Source: Podarcis cretensis
Taxonomy: Eukaryota
Assembly: GCA_951804945.1 (NCBI GenBank)
Contig: OX638156.1
Coordinates: forward strand, 62,000,001 to 62,064,000
Length of the DNA: 64,000 nucleotides
Direction of reading: 5' to 3'
How positions within the stretch are numbered: position 1 is the stretch's first letter; each line of letters begins with the position of its first letter. The notes under the pieces were generated by a model that saw nothing but the letters and a program-made list of their open reading frames with translations, was not told the origin of the DNA and did no database searches. This document shows, piece by piece, positions 25,372 through 39,202 of this stretch. Position numbers and translations under genes: made by a program.

Positions 25372-25545
25372 GCTGCCTTATGCTGAGTCAGACCACTGGT
25401 CCATCTAGCACCATGTTTTCTATACTGACAGTGGCTCTCCAAGGTTTTGAACCAGGAGCTTTTTCCAGCCCTACCTGGAGATGCCAAGGATTAAACATGG
25501 CACATTCTGCATGTAAAACAGATGCTCTTCCACTGAGCCAGAACA
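25372..25545 (-). mobile_element. tRNA-headed squamate SINE
   Basis: gagtcagaccactggtccatctagc...cagccctacctggagatgcc...cagatgctcttccactgagc. Confidence 0.65.
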
Positions 25546-26236
25546 CTTCCCCTTTGATAAACCTGAGGATTTCTCATTTCCCTTGAGCTGTGAAATAGGG
25601 ATAGGAAATATGTCACCCTTCAGATGTCTCTGGACTCCATCTTGAGCTAACATGGCCAATGGTCCGGGATGCTGAGACTTGCCACACAGAAGCTCCCTAG
25701 TCCTGACCTAAAATGGTCACTTAGTTGGGATGTGTCTGGCCTATGTAGCATTGCAGTAGCATCTTACCAAATTCTGGTGGGACAGTGCACATGTCTATAG
25801 TAGCAACCACAATGTGCCTATTTCATGTTTGCTTTTAACTGTTGGATATATGTGTAATAAACATAGAGGGTCATGCATTTTTACTCTTTGGACAGAGTGG
25901 CCCACTCCTTTGTCAGACCACGGAGGAAGGATCAGCCCAAGCAACAGAAGGATGAACATCTCCCTTGCATTGCTTTGCCATTCTGGCTTCCTGCATGAAG
26001 GACATTTTGAGAAGGTTGACCTCCATTGACCACAGCCATCACGGAGAGACATAAGGAGGGCAACTCCTAGTGATTTCCTCCAGTTGAATCTGAATGCCTT
26101 TAACCACTCCAGAGAAAGTGGTTTTGAGATTAGCAACAGGCAGAGAGGCATCAGCAATAACAACAACTCAGAGTTTCTGAAAAAAGAGAGGGAGAGAAGA
26201 GGGCAAGTGGAGAGAAATAAGAAAATTGTATGTTTT

Positions 26237-26298
26237 TGGTGGGTGGGTGGGTGGGTGGGTGGGTGTGTACACACACACACACATGCACACACACACAC
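26237..26298 (+). repeat. Compound (GGGT)n-(AC)n microsatellite
   Basis: Six GGG tracts separated by single T, followed by AC repeats. Confidence 0.9.
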
Positions 26299-27185
26299 TC
26301 CTGGTCCAGAGAGCTCTTGACAAGTGAAATCCATTTCTAGTCTCTTGTTCATGCAATAGCAATAATGCTTTTAAGAGCCCCCTTTATCTCCTCTCCTGCA
26401 TGTTCTCCCTAATTGTTATTTCTGCATTATATTTGAGCTTTCACACAATGCAAAAGCCACTTCTGGAAATATAATGGACTATAATGCATTTCCGTGTTAT
26501 TTGCAAGCGGTTTCTTTTTTCTTTTTTCTGGAAGCAAATAACACGAATGCTAAATTTGTGCTGCATTCCACAGTATTTCTGAAAGTGGCTTTTTTGACAT
26601 ATGAAAGTTCAGACATAATTTGGAAATTATCTGTTAGAGAAATGTCAGGGAAATGGAATAATCTGACATGTGAATGCAACCTTAGTCTGCTGCCCTCCAA
26701 TGTAGCAGAGAACTCTCTTCTGCTCAGTGCTGTTGATAGGCTGTTTTGCATCCTAGGCAAGGCAAACTACTTGCACCATCACCCCCCTCACCAAATTGCT
26801 AACTTCAATTTTCAAAAACAGACAATTTGTATAGAAAATGAAAGGCATGCAGCTCGAAACTGCTAAATCTATTTTCAATTGCAAGTAAAAGTAATACAAC
26901 AAACTTAGATTATCTTTCGGTCTATCTGCATTCAGGTGTGTTTTTTTATTAAAGTTTGTGGCCTATCTATTTAATAGATATGTAAAAAAAACAACCCCAT
27001 TTAATGTATGAATTATTTCAAAAACCGATAGAATGCTTAAAAAAAAGTAAACTATCATCGGAAATGTAGAAGATATAACAAAAAGGGAAGAATTTTATTA
27101 TTTTTGAAATAATTCATACACTGGAATTGTTTTGGAGATCAAGGAATGCAGGAGAAAAGGGGAGGGTCATGTTTTATGGGAAAGG

Positions 27186-27341
27186 GTTGTGGCTCTCTGG
27201 TACAGCCTCTACTTTGAATGCAGAGGATTCCAGCTATGGTCCCTGGCATGTCCAGGAAAGGTTGGGAAAACCTTCCTGTCTGAAATCCTGGTGAGCTGCT
27301 GCCAGCCAGTGTTTGGCAGTACTGAGCTAGATGGACCACAA
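27186..27341 (+). mobile_element. tRNA-headed squamate SINE
   Basis: gtggctctctggtacagc...ccctggcatgtccagg...gagctgctgccagccagtg...gagctagatggacca. Confidence 0.6.
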
Positions 27342-28114
27342 TTTGGGTGCTCTCCTGTTCTCGGCTGACCCTCTGCATATTTCATGTGTGGTTCCATCTT
27401 GGTGCCTACAAAACTCACAGTCGGAATGTCAGAAATCGAAAGAATGATAGACTTTCCAGGTCTGCATAGACTTCAACTGGAAATTCTTTCCTAGCACTAG
27501 ATTTGATGTTGCATTAAGCAAAGTAATCACTCAGTGCCTGCATACCTTTAAAATCCAGACACATTCCACAGCCATCACTACTTCCAACACAGCAGACAAA
27601 ACAAAGCTTCATTTTAGTTCATCCTCATGGTGTATCTTCTATTGCGTCAATACATCTACATGAGTGTGTGCGTACTGACCTCAGTAGTCTTATGTAAGGG
27701 GATCTATTAATAGACTAACTTTAAATGGTTCTTTCCCCTTATTTTTCTTTCTCTCCCCCCCCCCACAATTTAAAAATACATCCTATGAGGATGTGTCATA
27801 TTAGAGAAGCACCACTTCAGATTCCATGATGACTCATAGCAGGACTGACAGAAGTTAAATAATAAAGGTGGAAGTCACAAACAGGAATCCCAAACCATTT
27901 AAAAAAACAACAACATGAAAAACCAATCACCCAGGTAGAGAATTGTCCTTCTGCATCACCTTGGATGCTTGTAAAGAACACTTGCAGCTCCAAGTATCAT
28001 CCAGGAATATTGCATCTCCAAGTATAGTCTTCCTAGATGCATCTCCAAGTATATTGCACCTTGATGCATAGGGCTATTGATTAATATTGATTGATTGATC
28101 AAAATACATATGGA

Positions 28115-28452
28115 GATAAGAGTCTGCTGGATCAGGCCAATGCCCACCTAATCCAGCATCCTGTTCTCACAGTACATATGGAAAAATAAGAAGAGCCTGC
28201 TGGTTCGGGTGAATGACCCATCTAGTCCAGCATCCTGTTCTTACAGTTGCCAACCAGGTGCCTGTGGGAAACCCAAAAGTATGACCTGAGCACAAGAGCC
28301 CTCTCCCCTCTTGTGGTTTCCAGCAACTGGCATTCAGAAGCTTTGCTGCCTCCAACTGTAGAGGCAGAGAATAGCCATCATGCCTAGCAGCTATCAGCAC
28401 AGACCTCTACTCCATGCATTTGTCTAATCCTCATTTAAAGCCATCCAGGTTG
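28115..28452 (-). mobile_element. CR1 3' ends: a short copy plus a longer copy in tandem
   Basis: Two starts of aagag(t/c)ctgctgg...ccagcatcctgttc at about 28118 and 28190. Confidence 0.7.
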
Positions 28453-28601
28453 GAATGAACCCCGTGTAAAGTGTGAATGGACAGGCATGGAAAGCATTCC
28501 ATCCTCACTGCCTAAAACACAAACTTGTATTTCTCCTTATGCTTGGAGCACACCAAAGCCTGGTGGTAGACTGTGTTGTGGTTCCTTGGCATATTTATGT
28601 A

Positions 28602-29406
28602 CAGTGGTATCTCGGGTTGTGGTTCGAGGACCCGACCACCGCGACGTGAAAAGAAGACACAGGGACACGTGATATAAGGTTAATGGGCTAGAAAAGGCCA
28701 CAACTTTATTGATTACAGCAATGAAAAGGTATTGGCTTAGGCATTGGATCGCGAAACAAGTGGGTTTATTCACCAGGGGTTCATCACCTGTTGATGCTAA
28801 TCCAACTATAGGCTCACCCCTGCTGTCACCGAGGGTCGTGCCATGGCCTCCCGCCAAGCAGGCATCGGACAGAATACACGACCGCCAGATTCCTTTAACG
28901 GAATACCCCTAAACATTGAAGGCATAGGCGATGGCCACACCTAGCACTTTGACACACCACAGCACATTATTCCAATGCCTAAGCGCCCGACGAAGAGAAA
29001 TGAGGCCGGGGAGAGGCTGACGCTGCAGCATCAAGGCTGCAGGACACGCCCCCCCACGGCACCTGGTTGGACGGCCACCGGGGGGGCGTGAGCGCCAGCC
29101 AGGTGAGCTGGAGCCAGGGGGCAACGCCCCCTGCTAGGGGCGGTGTTCAGGCTCCCGCCCACAACCACTCCCCTCTCTTTCAGGGAGGAGAGTCTTTACA
29201 TACGCTTCAGGTTACAGACTCCACTAACCCAGAAATAGTGCTTCAGGTTAAGAACTTTGCTTCAGGATGAGAACAGAAATCATGCTCTGGCGGCGCGGCG
29301 GCAGCAGGAGGCCCCATTAGCTAAAGTGGTGCTTCAGGTTAAGAACAGTTTCAGGTTAAGTACGGACCTCCGGAATGAATTAAGTACTTAACCCGAGGTA
29401 CCACTG
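28602..29406. mobile_element. Tigger-like MITE interrupted by a 579-bp insertion
   Basis: TIRs cagtggtatctcggg / cccgaggtaccactg with TA flanks. Uninterrupted paralogue at 51244-51487. Confidence 0.9.
28617..29195 (-). mobile_element. Unclassified TSD-less element, copy 1
   Basis: Sits cleanly between ctcggg and ttacatac of the MITE. Reverse-complement homologue with the same termini at 55557-56322. Strand assigned from the AATAAA orientation. Confidence 0.85.
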
Positions 29407-30807
29407 TACATGCAAGGACCAGGAGCTGTCCGTGGGGCCAGTCTAGCACTCCTGCTGGTGTTTTTGCACCATGGCGACCTTGCAGCTGCCTTGCTCCTCC
29501 ACGCTCCCAGTGAGCCCCAATAATGCTGGTGATGGGACGTCAGGTAAGCGCCAAGGACGTTGGTGATGGGAGGTCAGATAAGCCCCAGTGATGCTGGGTT
29601 CTTGCAAGGCTAAAATGAAGAGGGCAAGGACCATGTACTCCACCTTGAGCTCCTTGAAAGAAAGGTGGGATATGAATCAAACAAATGATGAAATAAGAGC
29701 GGATGACTGCCTGGAACCCTGAACAGGAGTGTGCAGTGCTGCAACATCTTGTTGCAGCCCCCAACTTGTATATTTTTAAAGAAACAATATAATCATGATT
29801 TTTATTTTTTAATCCATTTTTAAGCATTTCCCCTTCCTGCCCATTCTCCTTCTCTATTCCGAACCGGAAGCAGGCAGCTCTAGTCTAGCCCCCCAAAACT
29901 CACTGCATTACAGGAGAACTCTCAGAAGCAATCAAGATGCTAGGCTCACCCCATCTGTGGAAAAGGAGGCAGGATTATCTGTCATTTTATACATAAAAAG
30001 AGGAATTAGTAGGGATTGGACACAAGACAGCAAGAGCTCTGAGCTCAGGGTGTGCCCCCTCTCCTTCATATATTATCTGTTTCGTGAACCCATCTTATGA
30101 CTCCATCACAAACCTGCCACTCCAGCCGAGCTCCTCTCCCGTGCTTTATCATCGGCTGAACGTAAAATACACAGTCCCATGAATGCTTTGAGCTGGGGGT
30201 GAAGGGCTATGCTGTGTAATAAAGATAGCTTTTCTAGCAGTGGACATAGTTATTGCTTTGCATCAGACAATGCAAATCATTGCTTTTTATTGCAGGCCTC
30301 CTTTTATTGGACATCGGGGAAAGGAAGGAGATCGTGTATTCTCTACCTACCGCAAACAGTTGTATTGATATTTCAAAAAGGGTGACTAGATGAGTTTGTC
30401 ATTGCAAAGGCCAGCTCCCATATTAACTATTTGGGTTCCAATTGGAATCCCCTTCCCCAAAATTCCTCTGATAGCTATCAAAGTTGTCTTCTTCCTCTTC
30501 CTCCTCTTCTTTTTTTTAAAAAATGGATCATTTTGAAGTGCTAACTAGAATTCCAGCTGCTGCAGGGCAGATTGGAGTGATCTACGGAAAGAATAAATAA
30601 TCCAATACTTAATCCAATACAATACTTAATGCAAACTGAGTGCAGTGTGCTTTTTTGCTGACCGCATTAAACAGCTGTCAAGCAGTCATATTTTATTGTA
30701 TTTCAGGAGTCCAATTAGACTTTTATTAGATGCACACCAGTTTCGTTAGGCAGGCTGTAAATTCCCAGGGTGGTGGGGTGAGATGGGGGTGGGGACACCT
30801 TTTAGTA

Positions 30808-30876
30808 ATCATAGAATCAGGGAATTGCAGAGTTATAGAGTTGGAAGGGACCCAAAGTGTCATTTAGTCCAACCCA
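30808..30876 (-). mobile_element. CR1 extreme 3' end
   Basis: atcatagaatc...tagagttggaagggaccc...catttagtccaaccc. Confidence 0.7.
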
Positions 30877-33186
30877 CTAAATCTTTGGTTCAGGAATTTG
30901 ATCAGAAGGCAAGAACTAACATTGAGATTTGCAGGACCATCAAATCAGAGATTTGGGTGGAATATAAGGCCCTCAGTAGGATTTAAGTGACCTGAAATCT
31001 CATTGATTTGAATACAAAAATGAAGCTGATTTTATTTTGCGGGGTGGGGGTCGTTGTTTTCAGCATCTGATTTTTATCCACAAGTGTAATGTATTTTTTA
31101 TATTTTCCATAACCTGCTTAGAGGTTATTGATGATCAAGCAGCAATCAATCAATCAATCAATCAATCAATATGCTGAATAGGGAGAAGGGGGAGGAGAAG
31201 GGGAAGTTGTGGTGCCACAAGAGTTTGTAATAATCCAGCTTGCAATGCTCAGCTGATCACTATATGTGTTATATTTTAAGCAATACATGAATGAATACAG
31301 TATATAAATGGGAACACCAATGAAATGCTGCAGTATATTCTCACCCCCTAAAAGGAGTGTTCGGGTTCAACATTCCAACCAGCATAGCCCTACTTGAGAA
31401 TAAGGCAAGCTTTTAGGGATTCATGCATGCCAATTCACTCCCCCTCCCCCACAGTGTTCCGTTTTCCACGTCCAGTTGATACTCAACGTTCCATGGCTCT
31501 TGGGGTCTACTGTGCATGCTCAGACCTCACTGAACTACTTTTAAAGGAGTCCGTTTTCATGCATCCAGTTCCTTCAAACTGCACAATATTAATATCTGCA
31601 ACATGGCCACACTCCGAGCATTGGGCACACCATTAGCCCCACCCCTTGGACATCTGGGCATTGATGCAGGTATCTGCATGGAATAATTCTACATGTGAGC
31701 AACTTCTTGCAAATGGGCTTCTGGGCATTTGGGATCTCTGTGTGATCAGGAGTCCTGATTGTGTGCAAATGTATTCACAAGCACCTACTCATGCATGGGC
31801 TTGCCCCACTGCAGATAGCTATGCCAACCAGCAGATACCTTGGTGGCCTGCCTGATGGCCAGCAGTGTGGTCCTCCTCCTGGTGTTTGCATAGATTAAAA
31901 ACAAAACAAAACATGACCCTGTGAGCTTCTGAACATGAGCAATCACCATTCGGTAGACCAAGCATTCTAAACCAGCTGCTTTGAAAGCACATGGCGAAAA
32001 GTATTTGAACATTAAGCCCATTGCTCTAGTGGGAACTCTCTCTGCTCTCAAATGATGTGTGCTACAAAGCCATCTGCTTTGTAGAACAGCAAAGTTATTT
32101 CATGTTGATCCTCTACTCTCCATGCAACTCTCTTGGATGTGCCATGTATGTCTATGGCCAGATCAGCTGGGCCTGGTAGCCTTTTCAGTAAATGGTGTCT
32201 ATTTGGGACAATTATTTTGACAAAATGTGCAAACATTTTGTTTTGAATGCTGCCCATCACTTGCTAGGGATGAAGGAAATTTTTTCTTCAGTTCACATTT
32301 AAAGGTGAACTTACCCAATTCACACTTTCTAGAACAATATGCAAACCCAAACACATCCTCATTTGCACTTCTCCAAAATTTTGCAATATAGTGTAATGTG
32401 TCCAGATCACATATACTAAGAGTATACTTTGAAATGCCTGTGTTAATGAAAACAACATACAAACATCTATTATATATGGGGAAATTGCTTTGCTATAATG
32501 TTTATGTTAGAGGAAATAGTATATAAAAGTATGTAGAGCAGAAAAATGTGTGTACAGAAATTCACGCAAAAATGCTTGTGAATTTGCAATAGAATTTTTT
32601 TTAACGCACACTGATGTAGAAATGTGAATTTAAGATAATATCTGAAACCCTCTTTTTCTCTTATTTGTATGTGTAGGGTTGATGGTGGTACTCCAATTCT
32701 CATTCATTCTTTCCCATGGTTGGTGCCAGGAATTACAATTCCCTGAGGTCAGGATGATATAGTTCATATACAGGGGACCGTCAGTGTGCATAAGCATGCA
32801 TTACGACACAGAGGAGAACTCTCCAAAGTAGATTATTATTATTTTTCTGAGCTTTTGCTGAGAAAGCTTGTAATCATTACTGAGCGAATTCAGGATCAAG
32901 CCAAGGGAGTTAGCTCATCACTACGAAAAAAGAAGAGAGCATTTTGAAAGCTTTATGAAAATTCTTGCTCCTCTTGTGGATACATTAACCTAGTATAGAA
33001 AACACATAAAGCCTGTTGGATGCAATATAACAGATATAATGTGACAAAGCTCATACGTTTATCTAGTAACTTACAGTTATTGTGTAGCTGTTATTCCTTC
33101 TAAACCCAAGATTCGTGTTCAAAATGGAAAGATTAGCCACCATGGTCATCAGGTTGTAATCTAATCTAATTTTTTCCTTGCATCAG

Positions 33187-33187
<1 letters not shown>

Positions 33188-33235
<48 letters not shown>

Positions 33236-33320
33236 TTGTTGGAAGCCACCCAATTAAAATACAGTAACGCATCAAATGTTAAAAGCTTCCCTAAACAGGG
33301 CTGCCTTCAGATGTCTTCTG
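33188..33320. repeat. (ATT)n microsatellite adjoining a rearranged L2 3' fragment
   Basis: About 15 ATT units, then ttttgttggaagccaccca and aaagcttccctaaacagggctgccttcagatgtcttc, matching both strands of the L2 end at 18260-18345. Confidence 0.7.
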
Positions 33321-33634
33321 AAGCAGGATGTGAGCAGGATGACTTGCTAACCTCTGTCTTCGTTCTCTAGTGGTGGCTAGTACCCATCAGAACAATTAAG
33401 CAGAAGGCAAGGAGACCAACAGTTGGTGGAGTCAGAGCCAATAATAGGTAGAACCAGAGCTGCAACAACAGCCAAAGCCAACAAATTCTAGTTTTGTCCC
33501 CACTATCTTTCCTCATCAGTTCTACAAGGGAGATCAAGGAGGTAACAGGACTGCTTGTAAGTAAGGAGGCAAGCAGGTGTGGGTTGGCTGAAGGGAGACT
33601 GAAGACATAAGAAAGACATTCCCAGAGTGGCTAA

Positions 33635-34050
33635 ACAGATGCCTGTGGGAAACTCACAACAGGGCCCAAGCACAAGAGAATTCCCTCCTGTGGTTTCCAG
33701 CTACTGGCATTCAGATGCTGTACAGCCTCTAATTCTGCAGGCAGAAGCATGGCCATTGTGGCTAGTAGCCATCAGTAGCCCTCTCCTCCATGAATTTGTC
33801 TAATCCTCTTTTAAAGTCATCCAGGTTGGTGGCCAGCATTGCCTCTTGTGCAAGCAAGTCTCATAGTTTTAACCATTCTCTGCATGAAGGAGACTTTCTT
33901 TACTCTGTTCTGAATCTTCCAACATTCACCTTCTTTGGGTGTCCATGAGTTCTTGTGTTCTGAGAGAGGGAGAAAATCATTTGCTTTCTCCATGCCATGC
34001 ACCGTTTTATAAATTTCGATCATGTCGCCTCTTACTCGCCTTTCCTCCAA
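33635..34050 (-). mobile_element. CR1 LINE ORF2 C-terminus and 3' UTR
   Basis: ORF 33817-34086 contains SLEERRVRGDMIEIYKTVHG, the conserved CR1 C-terminal motif. Confidence 0.8.
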
Positions 34051-36592
34051 ACTGTGCCCCGTCCACCCAAATGGAACAGCCTCCACTGTGTTTTGGCCTC
34101 GATATTGTATTTATGATTAAATGTCCTGTGCCTTTCCAGCTGCCCACCCCCTTGACTGCCTCAGCCTGGCTCTTAGCAATTGTAGTGGGATGAAATTATT
34201 TAGCCGTCATTAGCCCAAATAAGAGAGAAAGCTGATTAGTGTCCTCTCTCTCTTGCTCTCTCTAGAATGCAGTAAACATGATTTAGGGTAATGATCACCC
34301 TGAGGTCGGGCCTTCACTCAGCATAGCAGAATTAGTCTGCCCTTTCAGCCAAAGCTTTTCAAGATGGAGAGGAAGGGGCAAGATATAATTTATATGTTGT
34401 CTTGTGGTTAAAAAATAAAAAAGTCAGACATTTCTATCAATCCTCACTTCCAGGATTTTACAAGCTGTGTAAATTAAGCACAATAGACACCAGTGGTGGC
34501 TGTCTGCTTCTGACAACAAAATCTGAGTTGATGGACATCAATATCCCACAGGGAACTAAAACCGTTAATTGAAGCCCTGGTGGCTAATCCATTTCCTCGC
34601 CCCACTTCATGGATCCTGATATAATGGCCGTCTCTGCAACTGGAAAGTCGTTCATGCAGATGTGGTCCAGGCATCCGGTTATGATCAAAGTAATTGATTG
34701 CGTGTATTTATTCCCCCTTTGACCGGCTGTGTGCGTGACAGATGGCAGCCTTGGGATGATAACCAACAAAATGTGCACGCTGATATATTTCCTCAAAACA
34801 ATAGTCTGTGCTGTAAAAGCACCATCTGACAACAAGTATTATTAATGCCACCCAATGTTTCAGGAGCAGAAAACATGAGGTTGCCTGGTTACTTGGGAGC
34901 ACAGGAAGTCAGACCATTGTTCCAATTTGCTGTGATTCCTGCATTCGATGATCTACCTCAGTATTGGCTACACTGACTGGCAGAAGCAATCCAGGGTTTG
35001 GGACAGGAGACACTCCTAGCAATATGTTGATATGCCAGGGATTGAACCTGGAACTTCCTTCATGGAAAGCAGATGCTCTGCCACTGAGCTGATTTTGAAA
35101 ACAAGTGTGCAACACACAGGTGAACAATGGATCGCAGTGACAAAGACAGGGGCAGATGTCATTATTTACTTTCCTCAAGACATTTAAAAAACACACACTC
35201 TGAAACAGCCTTTGTCAACCTAATCTAGAACCTGAAAATGTGCTGGCTGGGGGACTGATGGGAGTTGTAGTCTGGAGGGCACCAGTTTAGTGATGGCCTC
35301 TCTAAAAATACTGGATTAAGTTCAATAGCTTCCAAATTGCAGTGAGATGGACATACCTGGCAGAATGTATCTCTCCACCATCACTTGCATGCCACTTAAT
35401 TTTCTCTGAAGGGTTGGGGGACCCGCTGGAGTACACTGGGGTGTGGAAGAAGCAGCATCTCACTGGGAGCTCAGCCAGAGAACTTTCCCATCACCTTGAT
35501 CTTTTAAAACTAGAGATTCTATGACGGAATCTAAGAAATTATTTTCCCTACCACAAAGCCTCTCCTAAAAGACCCAGATCTTATAGCCAGGAGAAATGTC
35601 TAGATTGGGCCATATGGGCCTCTGTAGACAGAGCAGTGCAGAGTAGTGGCATCACCACCATAAAGGACACAAATTTCTTGTGTCCACCCACCAAACATGG
35701 CAAAGAGGGCCCCAAAGCAAGGCCTCAGGTGTCAAATGAGAGTGCTTGGGTGAGCAAGCTATGGAGAAAATGTCTTATATGAACTCACCAGCTGCCTATG
35801 CATAAATTATGCATTTACCTAGAGCATTTACACCTTGCTATTTGGGTCAAAAAATGTTGTTCCTAGAGTGGCTTAGCAAAAACAGATAAATAAATGCATG
35901 TACCACAATTAAAACTTTTTTTCATGTAGGGCCAATTTTCATGCAGGGCCTCTCTCCACCTGCCAACCCAAGTGGTTGCAAAAGCTCACTGTGAGCTCCA
36001 AGAGTCAATGACTCAGTATAAATTATGTTAAGCAAAACTGTCATGTAAAGTTTACATCAAGGGTAAGCATTCAGAACAAAGAGAGAGAGAGAGAGAGAAA
36101 GACAGACAGAGAGAGAGAGAGAGAAGGTGAAGCATTAGCATAAGGAGGATTAATACACATGGATCTTTGAAATGGCATACACATTTCATGTCTATTAAGA
36201 GTGGAGACTTGGTGGAGAAGAGGAGGGGGAAAACAGGAATTTATTCTACAGCTCAAGGGCAAGCAAGCCATGCAGCCTGATTAGCAAATCTTAATGTAAA
36301 GATAAAGGAGGTCTGTAACACTAGACTAGAACACTGATAACAGATTTGAATTAGCTTGGCAACTGACTGGGAGGGTAAGTGCAGAATTGTAATGATTATG
36401 AATAATGGGGGTGTGCCATGTTTTGTTCCCTCCCAGGCAAATACTTAAGTTCCAGTCAACATCAATGATTGGTTTTGGCCTCAGGGTGGAACTGGCTCCT
36501 TAACACAATACATAAACACCGAGATTGAGGCTTGTATCAAATCCAAGATAGTGGACCAAGGAGGATGTTATGGGCAACCTTAAGAACTGGAA

Positions 36593-37046
36593 AGCTATGG
36601 TTTAAAGCTATGGTTTTCCCAGTAGTGATGTATGGAAGTGAGAGCTGGACCATAAAGAAGGCTGATGGCCGAAGAACTGATGCTTTTGAATTATGGTGCT
36701 GGAGGAGACTCTTGAGAGTCCCATGGACTGCAAGATCAAACCGATCCATTCTTAAGGAAATCAGCCCTGAGTGCTCACTAGAAGGACAGATCCTGAAGCT
36801 AAGGCTCCAGTACTTTGGCAACCTCATGAGAAGGGAAGACTCCCTGGAAAATACCCTGATGTTGGGAAAGATGGAGGGCACAAGGAGAAGGGGATGACAG
36901 AGGACGAGATGGTTGGACAGTGTTCTCGAAGCTACCAGCATGAGTTTCACCAAACTGCAGGAGGCAGTGGAAGACAGGAGTGCCTGGCGTGCTCTGGTCC
37001 ATGGGGTCATGAAGAGTCGGACACAACTAAACGACTAAACAACAAC
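36593..37046 (+). mobile_element. BovB LINE 3' fragment
   Basis: KAMVFPVVMYGSESWTIKKA...DAFELWCWRRLLRVPWTARSN, (CAA)n tail, TSD aagaac(t/g)ggaa at 36582-36592 and 37047-37057. Confidence 0.95.
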
Positions 37047-39168
37047 AAGAACGGGAAGAAAGCCAAGTAGAAGAGGAAAGTGCTGAGGAAGAGAACCAGT
37101 GAAGTGTTGTGATCATAAGACCTGGCTACCTAAATTCAAGGAACAAGGTTATGGTTTTGAAAGAAGTGTCAGGCTGGGAGAGCAAATTGCCCTCAGAGCT
37201 GGTCCTATACATCCCATTGCCCTGGAAAAATCTAGTGTAAATTGAGCCCATTTTGCCAGCATCTCTCTTGCCTGGGGTAGTTGCATTACCGTCCTCTGAC
37301 TCCAGGAATTGACTGTCTTCCTTACACTGTCAGATTCAACGGCTGTTGAGGCAAAAGAGGTGCTTTTAATTTCAGGAGGAAGATCTAGCCATCTAGACTG
37401 AGCTGCTCTCTGTGGAATTGCTTATTGCTGAAGCGAAATTTGAGTTTTGCTCCTGAGTCTCAAGCGCCCTATGGAACTGCCCAAGGTGCTATTTGCACTG
37501 TTGCAACATCTGAGTTTTACTCCTATGAGCCTTGAGCTCTCTATGGAACTGCCCAAGATGCTATTTACATTCTGATAACCTGCTGTGCTTTACCAGAACT
37601 TGGATTATTTCCTTCCTTTTGACTTTGCCTTATATTGCTTAATTACACTCTTGTCTTGCTCAGATCTGGACTTTGTCCTGCTTTGCTGGACCTTGAACTC
37701 TGGGACCCCAGCATCACCACTTCCACTAAGGGCAAAACTCTTGCATTGCTGTGGCCTGGGCCTGGAACAAAACAAGCAGACATTTGTCACATGTAAACAT
37801 TTCCAACAGGGCAACAGGGATGCATGCTTCCAGAATTCTTCATACTCCTTTCTTCATCCATTCTAAGGCCTCTTGAACAGGCAATAGCACCTGGAGGTCA
37901 GAATCGTATTTTGAAAGTCTTTTGTGTTTATTGCCATATCTGAAAAACTGTCCCATAAGATACATAACAACAGGGGAGATGCAGACCCCCTCACAGGCTG
38001 CATCTGTTGGTGGGCTGCTTATGACTTATATGACCAAATAACCTCCTGGTTGGCACATTCCTACTAAATATGACTTTATCTGGTGATGTTTATGAATATT
38101 TGATATATTTTGTATAAATATGAACCTTGTATTCCACTGTGGAATATATTTTATGCTACTGTATTTATTTTTTTCAGTTAAATTTTTTGTCTTGCATTTT
38201 TACTATAATTGCCTTTGTGACTGTGTTTATGATGTATTTTAGCTTGATGCTTTGTTCCATTTGCAAATCTTAATTTAAAAACATTCTAAAAATTATTTTA
38301 AATGCACTTTATATTTCTCTGTTGCCCACACTGCTTTCCAGTTCAAAGAGCAGAAGATTGTCTGGGGAGGGAGAATGGTGGGCAGGGAGGGGGCAGAAAT
38401 CAGCAAACATAATCAAATTAATCCAAATGCATTTGTATGCCTATTAAAATTCACCTGTCTGGGGCTTTTCATTTATCATGATTATGACTGAACAACCAAA
38501 ACGGAGGAAGGTGCTGTATCTCCACTCAATGCAGAATGATGATTTATTACCCTGAGCATCCTTGGTAATGGCTGAGATCTAATGGACATCCCTGCATGAC
38601 AAATCATTCATCCTCCGAGTAAATTTAGACACGTTGTCCTTTCATGTAGAACATTTCACAGCAGTTCGTGAGAAACCTCAAAAAACCTTAAAGAAGAACC
38701 TGCTAAGTAATTGCTCACAGAGCTCAACACGTGAAGCAAATCTCAAGGAACATATGCTAAGATTAAGGTTTTAATGAGTTACAGTAAATAAGCAGTTTGC
38801 CCTAACCTGTTTGCAAATGTCAACCCTTCTCAATTCATAGATTTGAGATTGTTAAAATGCGCTGGGTTTTGTTGCTGGATGGGTGAAGCATGGGGGAAAT
38901 CCCCCATTCATTTTAGGTACACAGGTGAAATGTGTTTAATCTAAGCTGCAATTGGGACTGAGGAATGTATTCACTGGGAAACATCTATGGTTATAGACTT
39001 AGGTGTTATTTCATAGCTTTCTGACTCCAGATGTATGCTTCTCTAATTGCCAGTGCATAAAGAAACACATGGATTCAAAGCAGACATTAAGATTGACAAC
39101 TCAGCGGGCATAGATGTCAGTCTCCCAAGACATTCTATTTCTGACCTCAAGGTCATCATAATTAAAGT

Positions 39169-39202
<34 letters not shown>
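39169..39202 (+). repeat. (AAC)n microsatellite
   Basis: About 11 AAC units. Confidence 0.95.

Noticed and set aside
37104-37791. Possible solo LTR (tgtga...tcaca, with an internal duplication of ctatggaactgcccaag)
   Set aside because: No convincing TSD or polyA signal; boundaries unsupported.
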